Shown one piece after another: positions 1 to 9,559 of a stretch of DNA of 64,000 nucleotides. Under the pieces are notes generated by a model. That model was not told the DNA's origin and made no database searches. It saw only the letters and a program-made list of their open reading frames with translations. Location of the stretch: assembly GCA_964592375.1 (NCBI GenBank), contig CAZQDP010000004.1, forward strand, positions 7,043-71,042, given 5' to 3'. This DNA comes from an uncultured Eubacteriales bacterium (GTDB lineage Bacteria > Bacillota > Clostridia > RUG12999). The position numbers and the translations under genes were made by a program. Each line of letters opens with the position of its first letter. The stretch's first letter is position 1.

Positions 1-1
1 C

Positions 2-505
2 ACAATCATTCGTCTGTTTATGGTGCCTGTGTTTGCATATCTATTTTATGTTGACAGAGCGTGGGCGGTTGGTATTTTTGTTTTGGCATGTATTACAGAT
101 GTTGTCGATGGGCTTATTGCACGCAGGTTTCATTTGGTCACCCGCATTGGGGCTTTTTTGGACCCATTGGCAGATAAACTGATGCAGATTATGGTTTTGG
201 TATGCTTATATACATCCGGTCAGTTTCCGTCCTATGCATTTTATACGATCTTTATAAAAGAGTTCGTCATGGTTGCCGGAAGCATCTATATATATAAGGA
301 AAACATGACGGTGAAAGCCAGCGTTTGGGGAAAGCTTTCCACGGTAATCACGGCAATCGGTGTATCGGCAATCCTTATATTTAATTCCATGATTGTGCAA
401 TATGTGCAGTATATCGGAATCGTGATTGTGGCGGCCGCACTATTTGCACTTGCTAATTATACAGTCATGTTTAAAAACATGAAAAATGAACAAAATAAAG
501 CATAA
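2..505 (+). CDS. pgsA: CDP-alcohol phosphatidyltransferase (phosphatidylglycerophosphate synthase-like), 5' end outside window
   Basis: The frame is open from the window edge (TIIRLFMVPVF...). It carries the CDP-alcohol PT motif DVVDGLIARRFHLVTRIGAFLDPLADKL and several hydrophobic TM segments. Confidence 0.8.
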   Translation, partial: TIIRLFMVPVFAYLFYVDRAWAVGIFVLACITDVVDGLIARRFHLVTRIGAFLDPLADKLMQIMVLVCLYTSGQFPSYAFYTIFIKEFVMVAGSIYIYKENMTVKASVWGKLSTVITAIGVSAILIFNSMIVQYVQYIGIVIVAAALFALANYTVMFKNMKNEQNKA

Positions 506-510
506 AACGC

Positions 511-539
511 TTGCAAATATAAAATGATTATGGTAAAAT
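511..539 (+). promoter_or_regulatory. sigmaA-type promoter for the pheST leader
   Basis: TTGCAA (511-516), a 17-nt spacer ending in TGg, then TAAAAT (534-539), i.e. an extended -10. Confidence 0.6.
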
Positions 540-545
540 AGGAAA

Positions 546-801
546 AAATCAATACAAAGGCTATGAATGGGTTTAGTAGGATGTAAGCTACGTACAGAGA
601 GAGGTAGGCCATAGGCTGGGAGCCGCCTTCGAGAAGCGATATGCCGAAATTTCGCCCGGGAGCCGTCTGCCTGAACAAACCTCTATCGTAAGGCAAGACC
701 GGGAAAAGCCCGTTACAGCTTATGAGTGTCTGCATTGGCAGGAATTTGGGTGGTACCGCGGAATCATAAACTCCGTCCCTTTTTAGGGCGGAGTTTTTTT
801 G
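546..801 (+). promoter_or_regulatory. T-box riboswitch leader (Phe specifier) with intrinsic terminator
   Basis: AGAGA/GA-motif region near 595-602. Candidate specifier UUC at 651-653 in gccgAAAUUUCGccc. Conserved T-box sequence AATTTGGGTGGTACCGCGG at 743-761. Terminator hairpin CTCCGTCCC/GGGCGGAG (771-793) plus a U-tract to 800. It sits directly upstream of pheS. Confidence 0.85.
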
Positions 802-835
802 TTTTAAGTGATATTCATACAGGAAGGTGAAATGC

Positions 836-1855
836 ATGAAAGAAATGATAGCAAAAATAAGAGACGCAGCATGCGGTGAGCTTGCGGGCGCGCAGGATTT
901 GCAGTCTCTTGAAACCATCAAGGTCAAGTATTTGGGGAAAAAAGGAGAAGTAACCGCTCTGCTCAAGGGCATGGGCGCTCTGTCTGCCGAGGAAAGACCC
1001 ATCATGGGTCAACTGGTCAATGAGCTAAGAGAACTGCTAGACGCGCAAATTGAGGAGAAAGGCACATCACTTCAAGCGATGCTTTTAGAACAAACGCTAC
1101 GCGAGGAAACCATTGATGTAACCATGCCCGGCAAAAAAAATGGCACCGGTAGTTTGCATCCGCTAACAAAGGTGCTGGATGAAGTTAAGGATATCTTTAT
1201 CGGAATGGGGTTTGAAATCGCTCAGGGCCCGGAGGTGGAGTTTGATTATTATAATTTCGAAGCGCTCAATATTCCACCCAATCATCCGGCAAGGGATACG
1301 CAAGACACGTTTTATATTGATTCCAATATCGTGCTACGCACACAAACCTCACCGGTGCAAATTCGAGTGATGGAAAAGCAAAAGCCACCGATTAAAATCA
1401 TCGCTCCCGGAAAGGTGTACCGCTCTGATGCGGTGGATGCTACGCATAGTCCGGTTTTTCATCAAATTGAAGGACTTGTGGTGGATCGCGGTATCTCCAT
1501 GTCCGATTTAAAGGGCACACTTGAGGTATTTGCCAAAAAGCTTTATGGTGAGCAGGCAAAGGTGAGATTTCGCCCTCATCATTTCCCGTTTACCGAGCCA
1601 TCTGCTGAAATGGATATCTGCTGCTTTGCTTGTGACGGAGTAGGTTGCAGGCTCTGTAAGGGAGAAGGGTGGATAGAAATATTGGGATGCGGAATGGTGC
1701 ATCCTAAGGTACTGAAAAACTGTAATATTGATCCTGAAATATATAGCGGTTTTGCATTCGGCATGGGTCTTGAACGTATTGTCATGCGCAGATATGGCAT
1801 CCACGACCTTCGTATGTTCTTTGAAAACGATTTGCGCTTTTTAAAGCAGTTTTAA
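836..1855 (+). CDS. pheS: phenylalanine--tRNA ligase alpha subunit
   Basis: Class II aaRS motifs ([34 protein letters not shown]). ATG at 836 lies 8 nt after AGGAAGG. The ORF track start at 827 sits inside the RBS. Confidence 0.95.
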   Translation: MKEMIAKIRDAACGELAGAQDLQSLETIKVKYLGKKGEVTALLKGMGALSAEERPIMGQLVNELRELLDAQIEEKGTSLQAMLLEQTLREETIDVTMPGKKNGTGSLHPLTKVLDEVKDIFIGMGFEIAQGPEVEFDYYNFEALNIPPNHPARDTQDTFYIDSNIVLRTQTSPVQIRVMEKQKPPIKIIAPGKVYRSDAVDATHSPVFHQIEGLVVDRGISMSDLKGTLEVFAKKLYGEQAKVRFRPHHFPFTEPSAEMDICCFACDGVGCRLCKGEGWIEILGCGMVHPKVLKNCNIDPEIYSGFAFGMGLERIVMRRYGIHDLRMFFENDLRFLKQF

Positions 1856-1888
1856 TAAAATCTCAAGAAGTGAAAGGAATGAGTGAAG

Positions 1889-4267
1889 ATGAAATTACCG
1901 CTTAGTTGGCTTTATGAATATACAGACATATCGGATATATCACCAAAGGCGTATGCCGATGCGATGACCATGTCCGGCTCCAAAGTGGAAGCGATTGTTT
2001 GCAATGGTGAAGGGATAGAAAATGTTGTTAGTGGAAAGATTTTGCATTGTGATAAGCATAAAGACGCAGACAGGCTGCGTATATGCAGTGTGGATATCGG
2101 CAAAGAAATCATTCAAATTGTTACCGGTGCACAAAATGTGGGGGAGGGCGATGTTGTGCCCATCGCCTTGGTTGGTGCAAAGCTTCCGGGCGGAATGAGC
2201 ATTAAAGAATCCAAATTAAGAGGCGTTCCCTCTTTTGGAATGATGTGCTCTCATCAGGAGCTGGGTATTCCTTTGGAAGCATATAAAGGTGCCTGCGAAG
2301 ACGGTGTCATGATTATATTAGACGATTTTCCACTGGGCACGGATATCAAGGAGATTTTAGGGCTGAGCGAGTACATTGTGGAGTTTGAAATTACCTCAAA
2401 TCGCCCGGATTGCCTCAGCATTGTAGGTCTTGCAAGGGAGAGTGCCCTCACTTTTGGCAAAGATTTTACTGTATCGCCTCCGGCTGTAGTGGGCAGTGAG
2501 GATGCGATTGAAAACTATCTTCATGCCAAAGTTTTAGAGCAGGATTTATGCCCAAGATATACAGCAAAAGTAGTGAAAAACATTAAAATAGAACCATCGC
2601 CCTTGTGGATGCAAAGGAGACTAATGGCCTGTGGTATGCGCCCCATTAACAATATTGTGGACATTACCAATTATGTACTTCTTGAATACGGTCAGCCGAT
2701 GCATGCCTTTGATCTTAGGCATTTATCGGGTGGTAACATCATTGTTCGAAGGGCTCTGGAGGGAGAAAAAATCACCACACTGGACAAATGCGAGCGCGCC
2801 TTATCTTCCTCCACGCTAGTGATTGCAGATGAAAAAAAGGCTGTTGCCTTAGCAGGGATTATGGGTGGTGAAAACTCTGAAATTGGGATGGATACGAAAA
2901 TCATTGTATTTGAATGTGCAAATTTCGATGGTGGAAACGTTAGGCTGAGTGCTAAAAAATGTGGCCTTAGAACCGAATCTTCTTTAAGATTTGAAAAAGG
3001 GCTTGATGCTGCAGCGACCATGCCTGCTATCCTGCGTGCATGCCAACTGATTGAAATGTTAGGTGCAGGCGAGGTTGTAGGAGGAATAATTGATATTGCA
3101 AAAACGCCTGAAAAAATGCCTGAAATTGCTTTTCAACCTGCAAAGATTAACCGATTTTTAGGATGCGATATTACCGAAGAATTTATGAAAAACACGCTGG
3201 AGCGTTTAGGATTTGCGATGGAAAAAGATAAATGCATTCCACCGAGTTTTCGTAGGGATATAGAAGGCTTTGCAGATGTGGCAGAAGAAATTGCTCGCTT
3301 TTTCGGCTATGACCGCATTCCTATAACACTCATGAGCGGAACTTCAACGGCGGGCGGCAGAACTTGGCGCCAAAGCGTTGCGGAAAAGGCAAAACATCTT
3401 CTCTCCGGAATGGGAATGTACGAAATATACACCTATTCCTTTACTTCACCTCGCATTTTCGATATGCTTTGCTTGCCAAAGGATAGCTGCCTCAGAGATG
3501 TGATTACAGTGACTAATCCGCTTGGCGAGGAAAATTCTATTATGCGTACCACGACCCTTGCGGCGATGATTGAAAACTTAGCTCGTAACTATAGTTTTAG
3601 AAATATGCATGCAAGCTTATTTGAAACGGGTAAAATATACCTTCCTTTGCAAAGTGGAGAACTGCCTGATGAAAAAGAAAAAATCACACTTGGTATGTAT
3701 GGCGGTGGTGTTGACTTTTATGTATTAAAAGGAGCTGTAGAGCAGCTATGTGCTTCGCTTCACATTTCAAATGTATCGTTCGAGGCGCAAAGTAGCCATC
3801 AAACCTTTCATCCCGGCAGATGTGCCACTTTGAAAATCGGAGGAAAAGAAGCCGGAATAATGGGGGAGGTGCATCCCCAAGTGCTGAAAAACTACGATAT
3901 AGACGAAAAAGCTTATATTGCAGAAATTGATTTTGATTTGATCTTAGGTGGCATACAAAGCGAAATAAAATTTAGCCCCCTGCCCAAATTTCCTGCCGTC
4001 TCGCGCGATATTGCCATGCTGGTAGACGATTCGCTGCCAGTTGCACGCATTGAGGAGACCATTCGCAAAGCGGCCGGCGGATTACTAGAGGAAATAAATT
4101 TGTTTGATGTATACAAGGGGACCCAAATCCCTGAAGGCAAAAAAAGTGTTGCCTATGCCATTGTGCTTCGCAGCGCAGAAAAAACACTTAATGAGGATGA
4201 AGTTGGAAAAGTAATGAATAGAATTTTAGAGAACTTAAGCGAAAAAACCGGCGCACAACTCAGGTAA
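1889..4267 (+). CDS. pheT: phenylalanine--tRNA ligase beta subunit
   Basis: N-terminus MKLPLSWL, tRNA-binding, B3/4, B5 and FDX-ACB-like C-terminal regions. It follows pheS. ATG at 1889 is preferred over GTG at 1883 on RBS spacing. Confidence 0.95.
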   Translation: MKLPLSWLYEYTDISDISPKAYADAMTMSGSKVEAIVCNGEGIENVVSGKILHCDKHKDADRLRICSVDIGKEIIQIVTGAQNVGEGDVVPIALVGAKLPGGMSIKESKLRGVPSFGMMCSHQELGIPLEAYKGACEDGVMIILDDFPLGTDIKEILGLSEYIVEFEITSNRPDCLSIVGLARESALTFGKDFTVSPPAVVGSEDAIENYLHAKVLEQDLCPRYTAKVVKNIKIEPSPLWMQRRLMACGMRPINNIVDITNYVLLEYGQPMHAFDLRHLSGGNIIVRRALEGEKITTLDKCERALSSSTLVIADEKKAVALAGIMGGENSEIGMDTKIIVFECANFDGGNVRLSAKKCGLRTESSLRFEKGLDAAATMPAILRACQLIEMLGAGEVVGGIIDIAKTPEKMPEIAFQPAKINRFLGCDITEEFMKNTLERLGFAMEKDKCIPPSFRRDIEGFADVAEEIARFFGYDRIPITLMSGTSTAGGRTWRQSVAEKAKHLLSGMGMYEIYTYSFTSPRIFDMLCLPKDSCLRDVITVTNPLGEENSIMRTTTLAAMIENLARNYSFRNMHASLFETGKIYLPLQSGELPDEKEKITLGMYGGGVDFYVLKGAVEQLCASLHISNVSFEAQSSHQTFHPGRCATLKIGGKEAGIMGEVHPQVLKNYDIDEKAYIAEIDFDLILGGIQSEIKFSPLPKFPAVSRDIAMLVDDSLPVARIEETIRKAAGGLLEEINLFDVYKGTQIPEGKKSVAYAIVLRSAEKTLNEDEVGKVMNRILENLSEKTGAQLR

Positions 4268-4315
4268 GCATTCCAAGCTCATTTTGCTTGGTCAATATGA
4301 AAGGAACGTGAAAAA

Positions 4316-4777
4316 ATGATTACAGGTACACTGGAAACACTCAAAAACTATGGCAAAATCAACCCCGGCTTTGAGGCTGCATATCAGCTCATTCGCAAAA
4401 GCATTGAGAACAATGAAGAGGACGGCAACTATGAAAGTGAAAATGGTGTTTACTACATGGTGCTAAGCTATGATGCAAAGAAGGTTGAAGAAGGCAAATT
4501 TGAAACACATATCAAGTATATCGATGTGCAGTATATTGTAGAGGGCATTGAACTGATGCAGTGGCTTCCTCTTAGCAGAAAAGGGGATAGCAAAGGCTAT
4601 AATCCCGAAAAAGATGTTGAATTCTATACAGATGCTCCAGATTATACGGATATTGTAGCTGCAAGCGGAGAATTTTATATTTTTATGCCGGATGACGTGC
4701 ATAAGCCTTCTTTGCGATTAGAAAACAAATCTGCAAAGGTGAAAAAGATCGTTGTAAAGGTGCCAGTATTGGCGTAA
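4316..4777 (+). CDS. YhcH/YjgK/YiaL (DUF386, EbgC-like) family protein
   Basis: 153 aa with the family-typical block ETHIKYIDVQYIVEGIELMQW ... FYIFMPDDVHKP. No signal peptide. Confidence 0.75.
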   Translation: MITGTLETLKNYGKINPGFEAAYQLIRKSIENNEEDGNYESENGVYYMVLSYDAKKVEEGKFETHIKYIDVQYIVEGIELMQWLPLSRKGDSKGYNPEKDVEFYTDAPDYTDIVAASGEFYIFMPDDVHKPSLRLENKSAKVKKIVVKVPVLA

Positions 4778-4812
4778 AGCGAAAAATTTTGCAAAGGGAA
4801 AGGGATTATTTA

Positions 4813-6795
4813 ATGAGTAGATTAGCATTTCGGCAAATCCATTTGGATTTTCATACAAGTGAGGCCATTGAAGGCATAGGTAAAGATTTTTCTAAAAAAC
4901 AGTTTCAGCAGGAACTCATCAAAGGTCATATCAGCTCCATTACCGTGTTTTCAAAATGTCATCACGGTTGGGCATATCATCCATCCAAAGCAAATGAACA
5001 GCATCCTCATTTGTCTTTTGATTTATTGGGGCAGCAAATCGAAGCGGCTCATGAAATCGGTGTGAAAACGCCGGTCTATCTGTCCGCCGGACTAGATGAG
5101 AAAATGGCGCGTCGCCATCCTGAATGGCTTATTCGAAACAAGGATGAAAGCACTACATGGGTGAAAGACTTTTTTACCCCCGGATATCATAAATTCTGTT
5201 TTAATTCTCCGTATTTAGACTATCTTTTAGCTCAGATTGACGAGGTGGTGAAAACCTATGATGCAGATGGAATCTTTCTTGATATTGTAGGAGTGCACCC
5301 GTGCTACTGTCAAAACTGTATGCGCACGCTGCTAAAAAGAGGCAAGGATATTGCGGATACCGATGCAGTCATTCAGCTTGCGGAAGAGGTATATGCCAAT
5401 TACACGAGGCGAGTGCGAGAAACCATTGACCAAACAAAACCGGGTCTGCGCGTATTTCATAACGGCGGGCATATCAGACGAGGCCGTCGCGACCTTGCGG
5501 ATATGAATACTCATTTGGAACTGGAAAGCCTTCCTACCGGTGGTTGGGGCTATGATCATTTTCCATTATCGGCTCGTTATGCACAAACCCTTGGCAAGGA
5601 ATTTTTGGGAATGACCGGAAAATTCCATATTTCTTGGGGTGAATTCGGTGGATACAAGCATAAAAATGCACTCCGATATGAAGCGGCATTGAACATTGCA
5701 AATGGCTCCTCTTGCAGTATTGGTGACCAGATGCATCCCTCGGGACTGATGGACAGTGTAACCTATGACATTATTGCCCCTGCATATGAAGAGGTGGAAG
5801 CAAAAGAGGCGTGGGTAGATAATGTTGTACCCATAGCCGATATTGCCCTGCTTTCGGAAGAGGCAATATCCAATATGTATTCCACCGGTCAAAGCGGCCG
5901 TACAGGAGATGCAGACGCCGGCGCAGTCCGAATGTTGCTTGAAGGAAAATATTTATTCAATGTGGTAGATACTCAGGAAGATTTATCAAAATATAAAGTA
6001 ATCATTTTGCCGGATAATGCATTAGTAGGACCTGAACTTTTAACAAAGCTTGATGCATATTTGGCGGGTGGCGGGAAAATTCTTGCCACAGGAAAAAGTG
6101 GACTTGATATGGAACAAAAGGATTTTGTTTTGGACTTTGGGATAAAACATGTGGGCGACAATGCGTATAACCCTGATTATTTCCGACCAAGCTTTGCGCT
6201 AAAAAGCCTTGGTATTGCCGATTATATTGTATACGGACAAGGACAAAAGACAAGCCTTACAACCGGAAAAGAGCTTGGCAAAAGAATTGATCCATATTTT
6301 AATCGTGAAATAGCGCATTTTTGTTCTCATCGTCACACACCGTCGGCTGGTGTGTATGGTGGAGCGGGCATGGTAGAAGGAAAGGCTGGCATTTATATTG
6401 CATGGAAGGTGTTTTCCGATTATGCAGATAAAGGTAGTCTATTCTTAAAAGAAATGGTATTTCATGCCCTTGATATGCTGCTTGGCGAAGCGAAAACACT
6501 GGTCACATCGCTTCCTGCACAGGGTGTAACCACACTGATGCAGCAGCAGGCGCAAAAGAGATATGTACACCATCTCTTATATGCGGTACCTGTAAAGAGA
6601 GGCAAAAATGTGGAAATCATTGAGGATATCATGCCACTATATGATATTCAAAATGAAATTGCAATTCCCGAAAAGGTCATGGGTGTTTATTTAGCGCCTT
6701 CCATGGAAAAAATACCGTTTACATATGAAAATGGAAAACTAAAATACAATTTAAAATGCTTAGAGTGTCACCAGATGGTTGTAATCGACTACTAA
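4813..6795 (+). CDS. putative cytoplasmic glycoside hydrolase (GHL6/GH42-like TIM barrel plus beta-galactosidase-trimerisation-like domain)
   Basis: N-terminus MSRLAFRQIHLDFHTSE...HGWAYHPS...GIFLDIVG resembles GH42-like barrels, and the central YKVIILPD...GGKILATG segment resembles the GATase1-like trimerisation domain. This family call is from memory only. ATG at 4813 follows AAGGGAAAGGGA. Confidence 0.5.
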   Translation: MSRLAFRQIHLDFHTSEAIEGIGKDFSKKQFQQELIKGHISSITVFSKCHHGWAYHPSKANEQHPHLSFDLLGQQIEAAHEIGVKTPVYLSAGLDEKMARRHPEWLIRNKDESTTWVKDFFTPGYHKFCFNSPYLDYLLAQIDEVVKTYDADGIFLDIVGVHPCYCQNCMRTLLKRGKDIADTDAVIQLAEEVYANYTRRVRETIDQTKPGLRVFHNGGHIRRGRRDLADMNTHLELESLPTGGWGYDHFPLSARYAQTLGKEFLGMTGKFHISWGEFGGYKHKNALRYEAALNIANGSSCSIGDQMHPSGLMDSVTYDIIAPAYEEVEAKEAWVDNVVPIADIALLSEEAISNMYSTGQSGRTGDADAGAVRMLLEGKYLFNVVDTQEDLSKYKVIILPDNALVGPELLTKLDAYLAGGGKILATGKSGLDMEQKDFVLDFGIKHVGDNAYNPDYFRPSFALKSLGIADYIVYGQGQKTSLTTGKELGKRIDPYFNREIAHFCSHRHTPSAGVYGGAGMVEGKAGIYIAWKVFSDYADKGSLFLKEMVFHALDMLLGEAKTLVTSLPAQGVTTLMQQQAQKRYVHHLLYAVPVKRGKNVEIIEDIMPLYDIQNEIAIPEKVMGVYLAPSMEKIPFTYENGKLKYNLKCLECHQMVVIDY

Positions 6796-6808
6796 GATCA
6801 TGTTCATG

Positions 6809-6839
6809 AAGCCTTGCGGCATAGCCGCAAGGCTTTTTT
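6809..6839 (+). terminator. rho-independent terminator
   Basis: 12-bp stem AAGCCTTGCGGC/GCCGCAAGGCTT followed by TTTTT. Confidence 0.85.
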
Positions 6840-7021
6840 ATTATTTTAAGAAAAAAATCAATATTTATGATGTTATTTATAAAATAATTTGCAATATGTA
6901 AAAAATACCGCATAACCCGAAAGAAACCTACAAATAATAGTGCAGATAAAAAAACTTAGAAATCCGAAATATTTACAATCCGTTGTATGTATTGCGGCTT
7001 TTAGGAAAAGAAGGTGTCACA

Positions 7022-9448
7022 ATGAAAGGAATTATTATGGCAGGCGGTGAAGGGAGCAGACTGAGACCGCTTACTTGTTGTCTTCCGAAACCACTTGCCC
7101 CTGTTATGGGTGTGCCTGTGATGGAACATATTGTGGAACTGCTCAAAAGCGGTGGTATCACGCAAATTGGTGTTACCCTTCAGTATCTTCCATCCATGAT
7201 TACCTCTTATTTCGAGGAAGGTCAGAATTGGGATGTCAATATGCGCTACTTTATTGAAGATAAGCCACTTGGCACAGCCGGTAGCGTAAAAAACGCAGGG
7301 GATTTTATTGATGATACTTTTATTGTGATTAGCGGAGATGCACTAACGAATATCGATTTAAGCAAGGCAGTTGAATTTCATCGCAAAAAAAATGCCAAGG
7401 TCACCATCATTTTAAAAAAGGTGGAGACGCCTCTTGAATATGGTGTTGTGGTCACCGGTGAGAATAGCGAAATTGTGCGTTTTTTAGAAAAACCATCTTG
7501 GAGCGAAGTATTTAGCGACACGGTCAACACTGGTATTTACATTATTGAACCTGATATCATGAATTTTGTAAAGCCAGGAGAAAATTTTGATTTTTCCAAG
7601 GATCTTTTTCCCATGCTCATGGAAAAAAATATTCCCATGTATGGATATGAAACAGAACAATATTGGTGTGATATTGGTGATATTGAAGCGTACGCAGCAT
7701 GCCATGAAGACGTGCTCAATAAAAAAATTGCATTAAAAATCAATGCCAAGGAAGTGGAAAGTGGCATTTTTGTGGGGCAAAATGTTGTCATTGAAAAAGG
7801 TGCACTCATTCAGGCTCCGGTGTATATTGGGAGCGGCACTGTTGTGAAAAACAGTGCAATTATTAGCCCATATACGGTGATTGGGTCAGACTGTATCATT
7901 GAAGAAGGTGCCTATATTGAAAAAGGTATACTTTGGAATAATGTTCATGTGATGAGCTATGCCAGAATTAATAGTGCCATTGTATGCGATAAGGCGGTAC
8001 TAAAGAACAATTGTTTTGTAGATCAAAGCTCCGTTATTGGCAAAGGAGCAATTATTGGAAGTGCAGCGGTGGTTCACAGCGGACTGAAGGTGTGGAATGA
8101 AAAAGAAGTAGAGGATAACTGCGAAATTGACAGCAATTTGGTGTGGGGAACAAAATATGGTAGAGTAGCATTTGATGAACACGGCATTATCGGTAATGTC
8201 AATATCGACATTACTCCCGAAACAATTGCAAAAATTGCTGGTGTTTACGCCTGTGTGCAATCGCAAAACGGAAAAATTGCAGTGAGCACGGACAACCATA
8301 ATTCCTCTGTCATGATAAAGCATAGCATGATTTCGGGGCTTCTTGCCGGAGGCATGCAGGTGCTCGATTTTGGTCAACAGCCTATTCCAATCACAAGAGC
8401 TGGTGTCAAATTCTATGGACTTTCCGGAGGCATTCATATTTCCGGCAGCAACGGAAAGGCAATGATATCGATGCTAGGGTCGTCGGGAGCTAATATTTCC
8501 CGTCAGGTTGAGCGTAAAATTGAAAACCTTATTAGCAGGGGGGACTATGTGCGTATCCGGCCTGATACGATTAAAGAAGCTGTGAGCATATCCAGTTACA
8601 GACTATATTATTTGCGCGATGTCGTCAATAAGTGCAAAAACTCCCGTCTAGGGTATCATATTTTACTCAACATTAAAAATCCGCTGAACAAGAGTCTGAT
8701 TATTTCCTTGCTCAGCGACTTGAGCTGCCGCTATACCATTGACAGCGAAAGCATAGAAATGAGCGATTCACAAAGTGTTAAACGATTTGTACAAGATGTG
8801 AAAAAAGGCGGCTTTGATATGGGAGCATATATTGATGATGGCTGCGAAAATCTCGTACTTTGTGATAATTTAGGCAGAGTGATTAGCGATGATATGTTTG
8901 ACTGTTGCTGTGCATACATTACCTTTATGCAAAAACCGGGAAGTGTATATGTAGCAGGACTTGCAGCTCCACGAGTGATTGAAACCATGGCTACGAACTT
9001 ATCCGGCCAAGTACTGAGAACCAAAAGTTCTCCCATTGAAGTGATGGCAAGAATAGCGGAAGACACCAAGGATGTAAGTTTATCTTCTCAATTTGTGCTG
9101 AATTTTGATGCAATTGGTGGACTTGTGATGGTGATGGATTTCCTAAAAACGCAGAATATAACACTGGCTGAGCTTGTGGAAAACATTCCATCCTTCTATA
9201 TTGCAAAGGATGATGCTTACTGTGATTATGCAAATAAGGGACTCATTATTCGAAGAATTATGGAAGAGAGTCGCGATAAAAATGTGGAGCTTACCGAAGG
9301 GGTTAAAATCTATGAGAACGATGGATGGGTTTTGGTTCTGCCGGATGCCAGAAAGCCTTCCTGTAAAGTGATTAGCGAAGGGCTATCGCAAGAATTCGCC
9401 ATGGAGCTGACTGCCACGTATATCGAAAAAATTAAAAAAATGCTGTAA
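7022..9448 (+). CDS. sugar-1-phosphate nucleotidyltransferase (ManC/GlmU-like, with LbH repeats) fused to a phosphohexomutase-like domain
   Basis: N-terminus MKGIIMAGGEGSRLRPLT..PKPL, then hexapeptide-repeat region, then a ~440-aa alpha-D-phosphohexomutase-like C-terminal half. The catalytic motifs of that half look degenerate (see findings). Confidence 0.75.
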   Translation: MKGIIMAGGEGSRLRPLTCCLPKPLAPVMGVPVMEHIVELLKSGGITQIGVTLQYLPSMITSYFEEGQNWDVNMRYFIEDKPLGTAGSVKNAGDFIDDTFIVISGDALTNIDLSKAVEFHRKKNAKVTIILKKVETPLEYGVVVTGENSEIVRFLEKPSWSEVFSDTVNTGIYIIEPDIMNFVKPGENFDFSKDLFPMLMEKNIPMYGYETEQYWCDIGDIEAYAACHEDVLNKKIALKINAKEVESGIFVGQNVVIEKGALIQAPVYIGSGTVVKNSAIISPYTVIGSDCIIEEGAYIEKGILWNNVHVMSYARINSAIVCDKAVLKNNCFVDQSSVIGKGAIIGSAAVVHSGLKVWNEKEVEDNCEIDSNLVWGTKYGRVAFDEHGIIGNVNIDITPETIAKIAGVYACVQSQNGKIAVSTDNHNSSVMIKHSMISGLLAGGMQVLDFGQQPIPITRAGVKFYGLSGGIHISGSNGKAMISMLGSSGANISRQVERKIENLISRGDYVRIRPDTIKEAVSISSYRLYYLRDVVNKCKNSRLGYHILLNIKNPLNKSLIISLLSDLSCRYTIDSESIEMSDSQSVKRFVQDVKKGGFDMGAYIDDGCENLVLCDNLGRVISDDMFDCCCAYITFMQKPGSVYVAGLAAPRVIETMATNLSGQVLRTKSSPIEVMARIAEDTKDVSLSSQFVLNFDAIGGLVMVMDFLKTQNITLAELVENIPSFYIAKDDAYCDYANKGLIIRRIMEESRDKNVELTEGVKIYENDGWVLVLPDARKPSCKVISEGLSQEFAMELTATYIEKIKKML

Positions 9449-9559
9449 AGGAAGGAAAATAAGGAAAATTTTTTAAACCCCTTTATTTATTTTATAAAGT
9501 ATGATATAATATATATTTGAGTGTGGTGAACGGTTTATACTAAATATGGAGGTGATATA

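Noticed and set aside
457-1005. 182-aa minus-strand ORF
   Set aside because: It lies antisense to the T-box leader and the pheS 5' end and has no RBS. Its composition is that of an antisense frame, and the region is fully explained by the riboswitch and pheS.
1133-1140. Homopolymeric A8-A9 tracts inside pheS (1133-1140), pheT (about 4139-4145) and the DUF3006 gene (about 17404-17412) as possible phase-variation sites
   Set aside because: They lie in essential or conserved genes and are in frame. Their lengths are typical of AT-rich genomes, and there is no evidence of frameshifted variants.
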